A stretch of DNA of 34,326 nucleotides, taken from contig DASXSW010000459.1 in NCBI GenBank assembly GCA_036505755.1, positions 1 through 34,326 on the forward strand, in the 5' to 3' direction. The number at the start of each line of letters is the position of its first letter. The first letter of the stretch is position 1. Both the position numbers and the translations under genes were made by a program. The notes beneath the pieces are model-generated. The model did no database searches. It was given only the letters and a program-made list of their open reading frames with translations, and was not told the origin of the DNA. Below are positions 15,587 through 26,700 of this stretch, piece by piece. The DNA comes from Candidatus Binatia bacterium (GTDB taxonomy: Bacteria; Desulfobacterota; Binatia; UBA9968).

Positions 15587-18500
15587 TCAATATCGCTTGT
15601 GCCAGATGATATCGATACCCTTTGCGCCTTTGCTTGTAGTGGTAGTGCCCACTTTCCAATCGGGCGCGATCTCATATTCCAACGATACTTCACTGCCATG
15701 CTCCCCGGAGAGCTGTTGTGAGGCCGAGACGTAGGTCTTGGCGCCGACATACCGGCCGAAACCGACTTTTCCACCGGAAAAATCCACTTCGCGAATATCC
15801 ACTCCCAAGCTGTCCAACCCGAGCGCTCCAGCAACTGAATTTGCAATTTTTCCGGCGACGAAACCCGTCGTGATATTAAGAGCGCTTTGCTGCAGCGAGC
15901 CCTGCTCGTTTCGGCTCAGCGCGTTGATCGGTCTGCCAAAAAGCAACAAAGCAAGAATGTCGGCTTGTTCCAATCGAGGTTGGCTTGTGAGCGTTAAAGA
16001 CGGCTTTTCCGTCGTCCCGCCGATGGCGGCGTCCACCTGATATTCCGGCAAACGATATTCCGCCACGATGTCGAGAGCGGGATTGATCTTATCGCCACCG
16101 GTGAACTGGATCGTTCCTCGGGTCAGTTGGAATCGTCGCCCCTGAAAATTGAGCCAACCCCTGACAATATCGATACGGCCCGTTAGATCGATATCGCGTT
16201 CAGGCCTTTTTGTCGCGCGGAGATTTCCCGATAGCTCGGCAACCATATCGGCATGTCTTATCCATACATTGCCCGGCGCGCGCAGCGTGAGTTCCAGGCT
16301 GGTGTTCTTAAAAAGCATGTTGTCGCTTGATCCGGAGCGCTCCTGCGATCGAGGTATCGGCTGGCGGCCTTCCCCGTTGTCTTTGACGATGACGATGGTT
16401 TCATCGCGCGTGAGCGGCACTTTACTTTGTGCCAAGACGGCGAGATCCGGACGTAGCGAACCCTCGACAACGGTGACTTGTCCGGTAATTCTCGGAGCAG
16501 CCAAGGTTCCTTGAACGTCGACATTGCCGGCGACCTTGACTTGATGGCGCTGGGTTTCGATCGCCGGCCAGCTCTGTGCCGTGAGCGAAAGCTTGACCCC
16601 GCTGATGTCATTATCTTTGAGCGCCAGCGAACCGCTGCCTTTGATCTCGCCGTCTTTCGCTCTGGCCGAGAGCTCCCGAACGATCACATTACGCGAATCC
16701 AAACTGCCGGCCGCGGCAATCTGATTTATGTCGACGCCAAGGGGAACTGCTTTGAGCTTTCCATCGCGTAATCGGAACGTGCCGCGAAGATCCGGTTGCT
16801 TTATGGAGCCACGCGCCAGCACATCGAGGCTCAGTTCGCCCGCGATGTTTTCAACGGACTTACCAGTAAAAGCGTTTAGAAAGCCGAGGCTGAGACCCGG
16901 GCTTTGAACGCGCACCTCCATGCCGTCGGCGAATTCAGCGCGCCAGCCACTGCTCCAACTCAGATTGAGCGGCACCGTGCCGCTCCCGTTCAGCGTGTGA
17001 GTCGAGTCTTGTTGTACGACAAGCCGCAGCGACGTTCGTTTGTCTTGGTAGTTAACGTCGGCGTTGGCTCCTGCATAGGCTTGACCCGCAATCATCGAAT
17101 CAGTCAGCCTCGCTGACGCCACGATCTCGGGAGCGGCGGCCGTTCCGGCGATCCGAGCCTGCACGGCAAGAAGCCCGGAAATCTGCGGTGGCTGTGGAAA
17201 AAACGCCGCCACTGTTTCCAATGGGAGTCGATCGACATTCAGCGTCAAATCCTGTTTGCCGGCAAATGCGAAACGGCCGTTCAACGAAAGTTCCTTGTCA
17301 CCGTTTTTCATCGAGAGCTGTTCGATCGAGAACCCATCGTTGCGTTTTGTCACGGTCGCTGGGCGCGATAGCTTCCATGAGCCGTCCGGCGACGACAGAG
17401 AAAATTGGCTTAAACTAACTGCAATGGCATCGCCCGGAAAACTGACCGTGCCGCTCAAAGCGTGCTTGCGATCGCTAGCATCCTGAGCGCTTAGTTCGAG
17501 CTGAATTGATTCAGACGGCTCCCGCGACAGTTTCGCAGTTGCGTCGATTCTTCGCAGAGCCAGTCCGGCATCGAAGTCGGTCAGATGAGCCGTGACTATT
17601 CCTTGGGGAAAAACTTGATCTTTGGATCCGCGAACAGAAAATGTGACGTCCCCGTTCTTGACGGCGATTCCCTCGAGGCGCAAGCCCGACAACCGCGCCG
17701 TTCCCTGGGTTTGCACGTCGGCGAGATTGCCTTGGGCCTGACCGGCAAGATCGACCGAGCCGGAACCTTTCTTATTGAGCAGCGACAGCCAGGGAGCGAC
17801 GTCGGCCGCGCGGAAACGGTAATCGAGCTTGCCGGCTGTTTTGGCATCGACGCCGAATTCACCGCTAGCCGTGAGCGTTGACTCGGCGGCACTGAGCGTG
17901 GCGCGCGAAATCCGGATCCTTTTTTCGTTCAGGGTTGCGTCGAGCGAGCCTTGCTTCAAATTCACCGGACCCAACGACGACGGCAGAATGCGCATCTCGG
18001 CGCGCGTGTTCATATCAGCAAGATTGAATCCGGCGCCTTTCACCGTGCCTTGAAGATTGAGTTTGCCTTCGACGGCCTTGCCATCCGGCACCGCCTTTTG
18101 GATATCAAGCTCCTTTACCGATAGCGCCAGTTCGTAGGTAGGTCGCTTGTTACCGAGAGCGACTTTCCCGGACCAGTTAGCGCCGCCCATTTTGCTCTTG
18201 AGACGCCCATCCAGCGCGGCCACGCTATTTTGCAGCCGACCTTCCATGGAAATGGTGCCCAGAGCCCAACCCTGCACTTCGGTGGAGCGAATTTCGAACT
18301 GCGTCTTTCCGGCAATATTTTGCAGCGAGAATCCGGTCCCACCCGCTTCGACCGTTCCATGCACGACTCCGGCCAGATCCTTTCTCTCCAGCCACTGACG
18401 CAAGTCGAAGCCGCTGATCGTCATCGCCGATGTGTATCGAAGCGGATTCTGGACGGCATCAGCGCGGAATTTCCCGGCGACTTTCGCGCCCGCACTGGCC

Positions 18501-19399
18501 AGGTTCACGTTTCCCTTGAGATCAGCAAGAGGCCCGTCGATGGTCAAATCGCCCGCGAGATCGCGCTTCAACGGCCAGTCAGCAACAAAGTAGGAAATAT
18601 CCGCAGGCGCGAGCTTATCGAGCGACGCCTGAGCTGTTATTTTCATCGCTTCTCCGTCTCGCTGGGCGATCTGGCCGTTTAACTTCACGCGGGAATTTCT
18701 GCTCACTGCCCAAAGGTTTTTTACTTTCAGCAGCGTAGGTACCGCGGCGGACTGCTGGTATTCCAGTGCGCCCTTCAAGTTGAGCTCAGGCTGCCCCGGT
18801 GAAATGAGTCCCGCGGCAACTTCGGGAAATTTAAGAACAACCTCCGAGGGCAGTATGCCGACATTGCCATCCAGGTTAAGATTTTTGAGCTGGTGAAGTG
18901 TTCCATTGCCGCTCGCAAGGCGAAGGTCGACTCTTGCATCCCGTAAACGGAGCGACTTCACCGAAATGATGAAATCAAATTTTGCTTCCGGATTGGGTTG
19001 TCGTGGCGACAATGCCTCGACTACATTCCATTGTCCCTGTTGATCCTGGCTCAGGCGCGCGCGCGGCTGCAGGGCATCGATGCTCGATATCTGAAAGCGT
19101 CCCCAGATTAACGGTAATAAAGAATAGGATAGCTCCACACGGGGAATCTGAACGAGCTCCGTTCCTTCGTATCGGAGCTCGACATTGTGCAGTGTGAGCT
19201 GGTGCCACACCGATCCTTCGAGGCGCTCCACGCTAATGGTACCGCGAATCGATTCATTGGCAGCCGCCACAGCTTTTTCCCGCGCCCACTGAACAAAATT
19301 TTCCGTGCGCGTGTAGACGACTAACCCGACTGCGACGAGCAGAAACACCAACCCCAGGCCCAGAACGGACCATTTTAGAATGCGCCAGAATTTTAGCAT
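15587..19399 (-). CDS. tamB: Translocation and assembly module protein TamB (AsmA-like, DUF490 C-terminus)
   Basis: 1270 aa with an N-terminal anchor. The C-terminus (EKPSLTLTSQPRLEQADILALLLFGRP ...) is typical of TamB. It starts 3 nt after the stop of the Omp85-family gene. Confidence 0.85.
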   Translation of the reverse strand: MLKFWRILKWSVLGLGLVFLLVAVGLVVYTRTENFVQWAREKAVAAANESIRGTISVERLEGSVWHQLTLHNVELRYEGTELVQIPRVELSYSLLPLIWGRFQISSIDALQPRARLSQDQQGQWNVVEALSPRQPNPEAKFDFIISVKSLRLRDARVDLRLASGNGTLHQLKNLNLDGNVGILPSEVVLKFPEVAAGLISPGQPELNLKGALEYQQSAAVPTLLKVKNLWAVSRNSRVKLNGQIAQRDGEAMKITAQASLDKLAPADISYFVADWPLKRDLAGDLTIDGPLADLKGNVNLASAGAKVAGKFRADAVQNPLRYTSAMTISGFDLRQWLERKDLAGVVHGTVEAGGTGFSLQNIAGKTQFEIRSTEVQGWALGTISMEGRLQNSVAALDGRLKSKMGGANWSGKVALGNKRPTYELALSVKELDIQKAVPDGKAVEGKLNLQGTVKGAGFNLADMNTRAEMRILPSSLGPVNLKQGSLDATLNEKRIRISRATLSAAESTLTASGEFGVDAKTAGKLDYRFRAADVAPWLSLLNKKGSGSVDLAGQAQGNLADVQTQGTARLSGLRLEGIAVKNGDVTFSVRGSKDQVFPQGIVTAHLTDFDAGLALRRIDATAKLSREPSESIQLELSAQDASDRKHALSGTVSFPGDAIAVSLSQFSLSSPDGSWKLSRPATVTKRNDGFSIEQLSMKNGDKELSLNGRFAFAGKQDLTLNVDRLPLETVAAFFPQPPQISGLLAVQARIAGTAAAPEIVASARLTDSMIAGQAYAGANADVNYQDKRTSLRLVVQQDSTHTLNGSGTVPLNLSWSSGWRAEFADGMEVRVQSPGLSLGFLNAFTGKSVENIAGELSLDVLARGSIKQPDLRGTFRLRDGKLKAVPLGVDINQIAAAGSLDSRNVIVRELSARAKDGEIKGSGSLALKDNDISGVKLSLTAQSWPAIETQRHQVKVAGNVDVQGTLAAPRITGQVTVVEGSLRPDLAVLAQSKVPLTRDETIVIVKDNGEGRQPIPRSQERSGSSDNMLFKNTSLELTLRAPGNVWIRHADMVAELSGNLRATKRPERDIDLTGRIDIVRGWLNFQGRRFQLTRGTIQFTGGDKINPALDIVAEYRLPEYQVDAAIGGTTEKPSLTLTSQPRLEQADILALLLFGRPINALSRNEQGSLQQSALNITTGFVAGKIANSVAGALGLDSLGVDIREVDFSGGKVGFGRYVGAKTYVSASQQLSGEHGSEVSLEYEIAPDWKVGTTTTSKGAKGIDIIWHKRY

Positions 19400-19402
19400 G
19401 GC

Positions 19403-21238
19403 CTAGAAATAGGCTCCGATACTGAAGTGAATTTGCCAGGATCGATCGCCGCGCGGCGGCTTGAAGGGAAAGCCGACGTCCAATCGCAGGGGTCCAACGG
19501 GCGTCGTATAGCTCACTCCGAAACCGGCGGAGAACTGCAAATCATCCACCGGGACATCGAATGATCGCTTCGAAACCTGGCCGAAGTCGAGAAAAACAGC
19601 TCCATTCAATTCTTTCCAGATTGGTCGACGTAGTTCAAGGGAGCCCTCCAAAAGACTCAGTCCGCCCAGCGGATCGCCACTGGCACTCAACGGACCGAGA
19701 CGCCACCGGCCATAGCCGCGCACGCTCTTTTCTCCGCCGGAGAAAAAACGTTCAAATAGAGGAAAATTTTTGTCGGAACCGATCGCGTCGCCGAGTCCCA
19801 ACTTGAGCCGGCTCGCGAACACGGTCTTCCAACCGATATCGATGTACTTCTTTGCCTCCGTTGTCATCTTATAATAGCTGAATGCACCACCCCAGATCGC
19901 GCCTGCCTGATCGACGGTAAGGGAGACGACCTCTCCCTTTTTCGGGTTAAACGGGTCATCTGCGGTATTCCACACGAGGCCCATAGTCGGTCCGGAAAGA
20001 ATTCCCTTCCGCTTGATCTCTCCCAGTGCACGTACAGTAGCGGGCCCGATATCGTTGAGCTTGTCGTGTTCCAGACGGTAGCCGACAAAGCCAGTCAGCG
20101 TGGAAGAAAATCGATGATCGAGTCGAGGCGCAAAGCGGCCCGCGTTGCGAACGTAGGTTTCCTCCTTTTCCTGTTCATAGCTAATATTGACAATTCCCTG
20201 TGTGCGCGGGGAAAGAAAATGCGGTTGAGTGAAATTGATCGCCCCCGTCAGCGTGATGGAGGAATATTTTGCGAGGACAGACAGGCGCCTACCGTCGCCG
20301 AGCCAATTCAAGTGGCGCCACTCCAATAGGGTGCGAAATTGATCCTCCGTGCCGTATCCCAACCCGAGCTTGATTTCTCGATGCGCTTTTTCCGCGACTT
20401 CCACCTCCATGGGCACGACTACAGGAGTGCCCGCGGTTTCCGCCGGCGCGACTTTAACCGCACCAAAGAGATTTAAAGCCAAAATCTTTTCACGGGATTC
20501 GATGACTTTCGCCTGCGAATATGTTTCGCCGGGTTGGTAGACAAGCTCTCTTAAAACGAGTTTCGTATCGACTGTGTCCGTGCCCTTGACCTCCGTCTGG
20601 CCGAAAACGGCAATGGGTCCCGGATACACGGCATAGCGAATGCTAACGCGATGTTCATCCAAGTCTACTTCGGCCTTACGCTCAGTTTTCACGTGAGCAT
20701 AGCCATTTTCCAAAAAAATGCCGCGTAAAATCTGCTCTGCTTGCTGATAATCCGCTTCGCGAAAGATTTCTCCACGTTTGACCGGCAATTTCTTGGGGAA
20801 CGGCGGAGGTTTTCGATCCGCTTCGCTTCCTACGACTTCGACGTCGATCTCGGAAATCGAGACGGGCATCCCCTCATGCACTTCGATCCGCACGGCGACA
20901 AGTCCCTCGCTTTCATTGACAGTGAGATCGTACGTGACCGTTGTGTCGTAATAGCCCTGCGCCTCATAGAATCGCGGCAATCTCTCAAGGTCACTGCCGA
21001 AGGTGACCGGATCAAATGCCGGCCTTGCCTCCCACACGCGATACCAAGGCCGTGCCTTAGTCACGATAACGTCGCTCAGCTCGTCGTCCGAGAATTTTTG
21101 ATTTCCGGAAAATTCAATCCGCTCCACTTTCCACTGCCGTGCGGTATCGAGAGCGTCGAGCAAAATCGCAGAAGCACTGTCGGTTAGAACAGATAAACCA
21201 GCCAGTGCCGCGACAAGAATCTGACAAAGCCGTTTCAC
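19403..21238 (-). CDS. tamA: Omp85/BamA-family outer-membrane protein, TamA-like
   Basis: 611 aa with a signal peptide, POTRA-like repeats and a beta-barrel whose terminal signal ends ...FSIGAYF. It is coupled to tamB. Confidence 0.85.
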   Translation of the reverse strand: MKRLCQILVAALAGLSVLTDSASAILLDALDTARQWKVERIEFSGNQKFSDDELSDVIVTKARPWYRVWEARPAFDPVTFGSDLERLPRFYEAQGYYDTTVTYDLTVNESEGLVAVRIEVHEGMPVSISEIDVEVVGSEADRKPPPFPKKLPVKRGEIFREADYQQAEQILRGIFLENGYAHVKTERKAEVDLDEHRVSIRYAVYPGPIAVFGQTEVKGTDTVDTKLVLRELVYQPGETYSQAKVIESREKILALNLFGAVKVAPAETAGTPVVVPMEVEVAEKAHREIKLGLGYGTEDQFRTLLEWRHLNWLGDGRRLSVLAKYSSITLTGAINFTQPHFLSPRTQGIVNISYEQEKEETYVRNAGRFAPRLDHRFSSTLTGFVGYRLEHDKLNDIGPATVRALGEIKRKGILSGPTMGLVWNTADDPFNPKKGEVVSLTVDQAGAIWGGAFSYYKMTTEAKKYIDIGWKTVFASRLKLGLGDAIGSDKNFPLFERFFSGGEKSVRGYGRWRLGPLSASGDPLGGLSLLEGSLELRRPIWKELNGAVFLDFGQVSKRSFDVPVDDLQFSAGFGVSYTTPVGPLRLDVGFPFKPPRGDRSWQIHFSIGAYF

Positions 21239-21486
21239 TCGTCCTTATTAGCACGGAAATAGGCTTAAGGAATAACTCGGCGCTCAAATTTGAAGACTGC
21301 TCTTCACCGACAACGGCAGGGCGATATGGCAGCAGAAGACCGCTGAAAGGACTCGACCCGCCAGTGATTGGTGGATCAATCATGAAATTAATGGTTAAGT
21401 GAAATTGCTCGATTGGCTCACTTAAATGGGCTATCAAACCAAGAACCCAATCGTCTAATATCTAATAAAGGAGGAGAGAATTTTCC

Positions 21487-22023
21487 ATGTGGAAGAAATT
21501 CTTATCGCTCACGGCTCTTCTGGTCGGGTTATTGTCTGCTCCGACCTTATTCACTAACGCTGTCTACGCGCAGAGCACACGCGGCACTTACACGACGACA
21601 GCCGACGTTCCTCTGAGAGCCGGACCCGGGACAAATCATCCCGTCATCACGACGTTGCCCAAAGGCATCAAAATTAACGTCGTCGCGAAGGAAGGCTATT
21701 GGCTAAAGGTCGAATCGAAACACGGTGACAAACCCGGGTACATCGACGAAAAATTCGCGCTCCGCGAAACCACCGCGCAAAGCCCTCCTCCTATTCCGAA
21801 AGCGGCGACTCCCGCATCAACAGCCGGCGCTTACCGCACGCTTAAAGATGTCGACCTCCGCGAAGGACCCGGAACAAAGTACAAGACGGTAGCCACACTG
21901 CCGGCAGGAATAAAGATCAACGTCGTCCGCGCCGAAGGCGATTGGTTGCGAGTCGAGTCCAAAAAAGGCGGCAAGCCGGGTTATCTTGAAAAAAAATCAG
22001 TTGAGCGTTGGACGGATAAATAA
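21487..22023 (+). CDS. Exported protein with two tandem bacterial SH3 (SH3b) domains
   Basis: A signal peptide is followed by two about 55-aa repeats (LRAGPGTNHPVITTLPKGIKINVVAKEGYWLKVES / LREGPGTKYKTVATLPAGIKINVVRAEGDWLRVES). A strong AAAGGAGGAG Shine-Dalgarno sequence is present. Confidence 0.8.
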   Translation: MWKKFLSLTALLVGLLSAPTLFTNAVYAQSTRGTYTTTADVPLRAGPGTNHPVITTLPKGIKINVVAKEGYWLKVESKHGDKPGYIDEKFALRETTAQSPPPIPKAATPASTAGAYRTLKDVDLREGPGTKYKTVATLPAGIKINVVRAEGDWLRVESKKGGKPGYLEKKSVERWTDK

Positions 22024-22028
22024 CACCC

Positions 22029-22589
22029 TCACCCTTGCCCTCTCCCACTTCGTGGGCGAGGGGGGAAAACCGACATTGCGAATTCGTAGGATTCGTGCAG
22101 GTGGTTTTTATCCACATGCATTATTTTCTCTACGCACTGTAGGTAGGATGGGTGGAGGCGCTTTTTGCCGATGCCCATCATCTCTCTCGAAGCAGCGACA
22201 TCCACAAGGAACTGTTGAGCGTCTGATTCTTGTCCACCAATCCACGTGACCGCCATCCCGAGAATTCCGAAACACACAATCCAGTAAACAACGAGCAGCA
22301 TATGCGTTACGAAAAAGAGTAATCTGTTCGAGAAATACACAAGGGAAAGGGGAACCATCAGACCGACTGCCAAACACAAGATCCCCATTTGAATCGCAAT
22401 ATCGTGCCCATCACCTCCCCACTCAAAAATCGCAAATAGCGGCGGGAGCAGCGGGGCACTCATCGCAGCAACAGACGCGACCAAGATTCCCTGTGAAAAA
22501 AATAGCAGCCATAGAAAAACTAGAAATAGCCCCATACTTGTTAGAAAACTTCTCGCGGTGAGCCATCTCTCTCTAACAGAGACATTCAT
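22029..22589 (-). CDS. Hypothetical integral membrane protein (about 4 TM helices)
   Basis: Hydrophobic segments are evident. The last roughly 12 codons read through the REP-like hairpin at 22038-22062, so the true C-terminus is uncertain. Confidence 0.5.
   Translation of the reverse strand: MNVSVRERWLTARSFLTSMGLFLVFLWLLFFSQGILVASVAAMSAPLLPPLFAIFEWGGDGHDIAIQMGILCLAVGLMVPLSLVYFSNRLLFFVTHMLLVVYWIVCFGILGMAVTWIGGQESDAQQFLVDVAASREMMGIGKKRLHPSYLQCVEKIMHVDKNHLHESYEFAMSVFPPRPRSGRGQG
22038..22062. repeat. REP-like hairpin CCCTCTCCCAC-ttc-GTGGGCGAGGG between convergent genes
   Basis: 11-bp stem with one mismatch, read directly from the sequence. Confidence 0.6.
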
Positions 22590-22722
22590 TGATTTGACAT
22601 TGCCCTTGGGGCCAAAGAGCTAGGTCGCGCTGCTTAATTTTCGTCTCTCGTTGGTAGCGCAATCTCTACCTTGGTTTTTAGACTCACTCGAAACCCGACA
22701 CCCGAAACTCGAAACCGTCTTA

Positions 22723-23535
22723 CTACCCCTTCCCCAACTCCTGCGATCTTTTTGTCGCATTGACGACCGCATCGATCACCGTGCCGCGAAAACCTTTTTG
22801 CTCCATGGCATAGAGTCCGGCGATGGTCGTGCCGCCGGGCGAAGTAACTTCGTCTTTGAGCTCTCCCAAGTGTTTATTGCTTTCGAGCGCCATGCGCGCG
22901 GCGCCGTAGACGGTCTGCATCGCCAGCTTCAACGCGACGTCGCGCGGCAATCCGACTTGCACGCCGCCATCGGCGAGCGCTTCCATAAAGAGAAACACAT
23001 AGGCAGGACCGCTACCGCTGAGCCCGGTCACCGCATCCAAATATTTTTCTTCAACCTGCAAACCGATGCCGAAGCTGTTGAGAATTGCGCCGACCTGTTC
23101 CAAGTCTGCCGCCGTGGCATGCGAGCCGCCGGCAAAACCAGCCGCGCCTGCGCCAACGACGCAGGGAATATTCGGCATCACGCGGACGACACGCGCTCCA
23201 TGTGCCAATTGACTCTCGATCCGCGCCAACGGCACACCCGCGGCAACAGAAACTACGAGTTTGGCTTTGCCGATTTTTTTGGTGATCTCCTTAGCCACCG
23301 GGTCGACGATCTGAGGCTTGACCGCGAGGATAACGATATCGGCGAAATCGCACAGCTCGCCGTTGTCCGGTGTTGCCTTGATGCCGAGCTCTTGAGCGAT
23401 CGATTGCCGCAATCCATCGCTAACATCGCTGGCCATGACATTCTCCTTATTTGCCAGCCCGGCACGAATCACTCCGCGAGCAATTGCAGAACCGATCTTT
23501 CCTGCACCGATGACGCCAATTTTTTCTTTCAACAC
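22723..23535 (-). CDS. proC: Pyrroline-5-carboxylate reductase
   Basis: 270 aa with the NAD(P) motif IGVIGAGKIGSAI and the C-terminal TSPGGTT signature. It uses a GTG start 6 nt after an AGGAGG. Confidence 0.95.
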   Translation of the reverse strand: MLKEKIGVIGAGKIGSAIARGVIRAGLANKENVMASDVSDGLRQSIAQELGIKATPDNGELCDFADIVILAVKPQIVDPVAKEITKKIGKAKLVVSVAAGVPLARIESQLAHGARVVRVMPNIPCVVGAGAAGFAGGSHATAADLEQVGAILNSFGIGLQVEEKYLDAVTGLSGSGPAYVFLFMEALADGGVQVGLPRDVALKLAMQTVYGAARMALESNKHLGELKDEVTSPGGTTIAGLYAMEQKGFRGTVIDAVVNATKRSQELGKG

Positions 23536-23718
23536 TGGAAACCTCCTTGACCCGGAACCAGGTGCACGCCAGCATAAATGGAACGATCAGGAACTTCAAA
23601 GTCTATGATTCAATTTGGTGTCACCGATCGAAAGTAGGGGCAGGCCCTGCTGTTATTCGGAAGGACGAGCGCGGCAGCGCCCTGACAAAATATTGCGAAT
23701 CGAACTATTACCGACCGT

Positions 23719-23755
23719 GAAAACAAAAGGCCTCCGGTAATCTGCCGGAGGCCTT
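23719..23755 (-). terminator. Rho-independent terminator of the 1157-aa gene
   Basis: An 11-bp perfect stem (AAGGCCTCCGG / CCGGAGGCCTT) with a 7-nt loop is followed on the minus strand by TTTGTTTTC. Confidence 0.75.
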
Positions 23756-23779
23756 CACGATTTCGCTAATGTACGCGGC

Positions 23780-26700
23780 CTAGTATCTCTTGCCCAAGTC
23801 CTGCAGCGCTTTCAACGCCTCCGCATCGTCGGGGGCGAGCGAAAGGATCTCGCGATATTTCTGTTCCGCGTCTTTGATTCTTCCCAATTGCGCATAAGCC
23901 TGACCAAGCGAATAACGCAGGTCATTTCTTCGGCGCCGCATACGCAAAGCTTCCGAATATTCATCGGCTGCCTTTTCCCACATGCCGAGCTTATAATAAA
24001 CAACTCCTAACTCGGAATGAACCGTGGCAGACTCCTCCCCCTTGGATTTGGACTTCTCGAGCAGTGACCGCGCCTCCTGCATCTGTTTTTTGACCTGACC
24101 TTCGTCCGTCGACTTTTGCGCCTTTGCCCCAATCAGACGTCCCCATGCCAGCAATACGGCCGGGTGATCGGGTTGCAGATCGCGTGCCCGGGTAAACCAT
24201 TTCTCGGCTTCCGGCAGGTCTCCGGAATGAAGCGCGATGTTGCCCAAGCCGAGATACGGCAGAACTTCTTTGTGGCCCATCTCGATGGTCTTTTGATAAA
24301 TCACCTTCGCTTCGGGCAAGTAGAATTCGTCGCTCATGGCCAAAACTTCAGGGATATACTCCTCGCCTTGCTCCAGCGCTGCGAGCGCTTCCTTGGCGCC
24401 CTCTGTGCTTTTGTCCTGCTCGAGCAAGATTCTCATCTTCAAGAGGTGAAACTTGGGATTTTTCGGATCAAGCTTGATCGCTTGTTCGAGCTCGGTCAAT
24501 GCCCGGTTCCTCGCAATACTCGCCGCGTACGCTTGCGCCAAGTAAAAATGATGCATCGCCTGCGGTATGGGCGGCGGCTTGGATTTGAGCCATGGCGGCG
24601 TGTCGACGAGAAACGGCGTCATGATTCTGCGATTGAGCTCGGTCGTCGAACGGCGCAGATTTTTTGGCGCGGAAAACTCGAGCTCCGCGCCGTCATCCGT
24701 ATTGATCGACGCGCCCTTGGAAAAAGCCAGGAATCCGTCGCGATTCATGCGGTAGAACCCTTGGACCGCATACACATCGGACAGTCCGAGGTAATCGAGA
24801 TCCGATCGCAGCATTTTGTTGTTGTCGTAAATTTCTTTGACCGCCGCATAATCGAAAATCTGCTCTTTCTTGCTGCCGATCAAGAGAAAATCGCTTTCCT
24901 TCATGCTCCACAGCGATACGTAAGGAAATGATTCCACGAAGGTGCGAAAGACCATGCGGAAATCGTCGGGCGACATGGAGTAATTGTGAAACCACTGGGC
25001 GAATATTCCATCGTCCTTAATCTTTGACTTGACGACTTGATAAAACTCGCGAGTGTAGAGATTGGCGATTCCGGCGATCCATGGATTCGACGGCTCGGCG
25101 GTGATGACGTCGTAGTATTTGGGCGTCGCCAGGATATAGTTGCGCCCGTCCGTCGGTATCACGCGCACTCTCTTGTCTTCGAGCACGCTCGAGTGGCGCG
25201 ACTGACGGGCGTTGCGGTAAAGCCGGTCGATAGCGCCGCGGTAATCGAGATCTTCCGACCGTTTCATCAACTGGGTGCGAGCTTCCGATTCCATCACGCC
25301 CTTGTAGTAGAGCCGTTTTTCTTTCTCGTCGTACCACGCTCGGCTGTTTGGGTCGTCGTCAACAGAATCGTATACGAATCGAGGGCGAACGCTTGGCGTT
25401 GCGGGAAAAGTAACGCCCGGCGGAAGCTTATCAATTGCGACCCAAGCGCGGTCGAAGAACTTGCTCGCTTGGATCATCGCCGGCTCGATCTCGATGACTT
25501 CGATTTCCTTCAACGATTTGAATGTCGCGAGCGCCTTTGCCGACATGCCGGTGCCGAGCCCGATAGTGAGCGCCCTTTCGGCCTTCGGGTGCAGCAGCAT
25601 GGCGACGTAGCTGGTCATCAGCTGGCTCAACGCATCGCCGTAAGACCCGTCGATCTTGCCGTTCGATTTGAAGTAAAGGTAGTCGCTCCCCGGAATGCGG
25701 TGCACGCTCACGGTCGTCGTCAAGCCCTCGCGATAAAAGAGAACATCGTCGCGCTTCATCTCTTCGATACGCAGCGAATCGGTGGGCAGCGATTCATAAC
25801 GGTCGGCGTAGATCGTCACACCGCTGGTGAGAACATGGGGATCCCAGCGGCGAATTTTCACGGGAACGATAACCGCCAGAACAACTACCGCCAATCCGAG
25901 ACCGTATCGCGGCACGAATGAAAGTCTCGGATCGCTGATGACGAGCCAAGCTCCGATTAAAAGATTCATCACCACGGCGAAGATGATCGTGTTTTGCACG
26001 CCAAGGTTTGGAATCAGGATAAAACCGCCGGCAAACGCGCCGAGAACCGCGCCGAGCGTGTTCGCCGCGTAGGAGCTGCCAACGCCGCTACCGACCCGAT
26101 ACAGGCTCTGGGTAAACAGACGCGCAACCAAGGGAAACGTCATGCCCAAGAGAACGGTCGGAATGAACATCACCAGTGAAGATACGAAAATTTGCAGATA
26201 GAGAAACACCGTGAACGTCTCGCCAAATCCGTGCAGCAAGCGCAGAAAGATTAACGGCAGTCTTTCAAAAAGCGGTATGGTCGCGAGCGCCGACAAGCCA
26301 ACCCAGAGTTCGACTAAGCCGAAGGTGCTCAATCTGGCCTCGCGTTCACCGAGAAAGCGCGCGTAAATAAAACCGCCAAGCGCGAGACCAATCAAAAACG
26401 TGACAAGCATCGTAGAAAACGAATAAATGGAGCTGCCGATCACCAATGTTAACGACCGGGTCCAGGCATTTTCGTAAACCAACGACGCAAAACCCGACAA
26501 TCCGAAAGACGTCAAGACCACCCAACGCAATAGCGAAGCACTTTGCGCTTCCGGAGCGCGGGTTTCCTCAGCGGCTGGTTCCGGGACGATTTCCAGCGGG
26601 GTCTTGTCGCGGATCCTATCGACGATAAGAATAACGACGGCAATCACCAAGTTGACTCCCGCGGCTACATAAACCGTCCGACGCATTCCTAGCGTCGGTA

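Noticed and set aside
15553-15846. Small minus-strand ORFs (15429..15659 and 15553..15846) lie at the 3' end of tamB.
   Set aside because: They overlap the tamB C-terminus or the REP mosaic and have no start context or domain.
22651-23550. A 299-aa plus-strand ORF spans the whole proC locus and is longer than proC itself.
   Set aside because: proC on the minus strand has unmistakable family motifs and a strong Shine-Dalgarno sequence. The antisense ORF has an Arg/Ala/His-rich composition, no ribosome-binding site and no recognisable domain. This is the usual shadow ORF of a GC3-biased gene.
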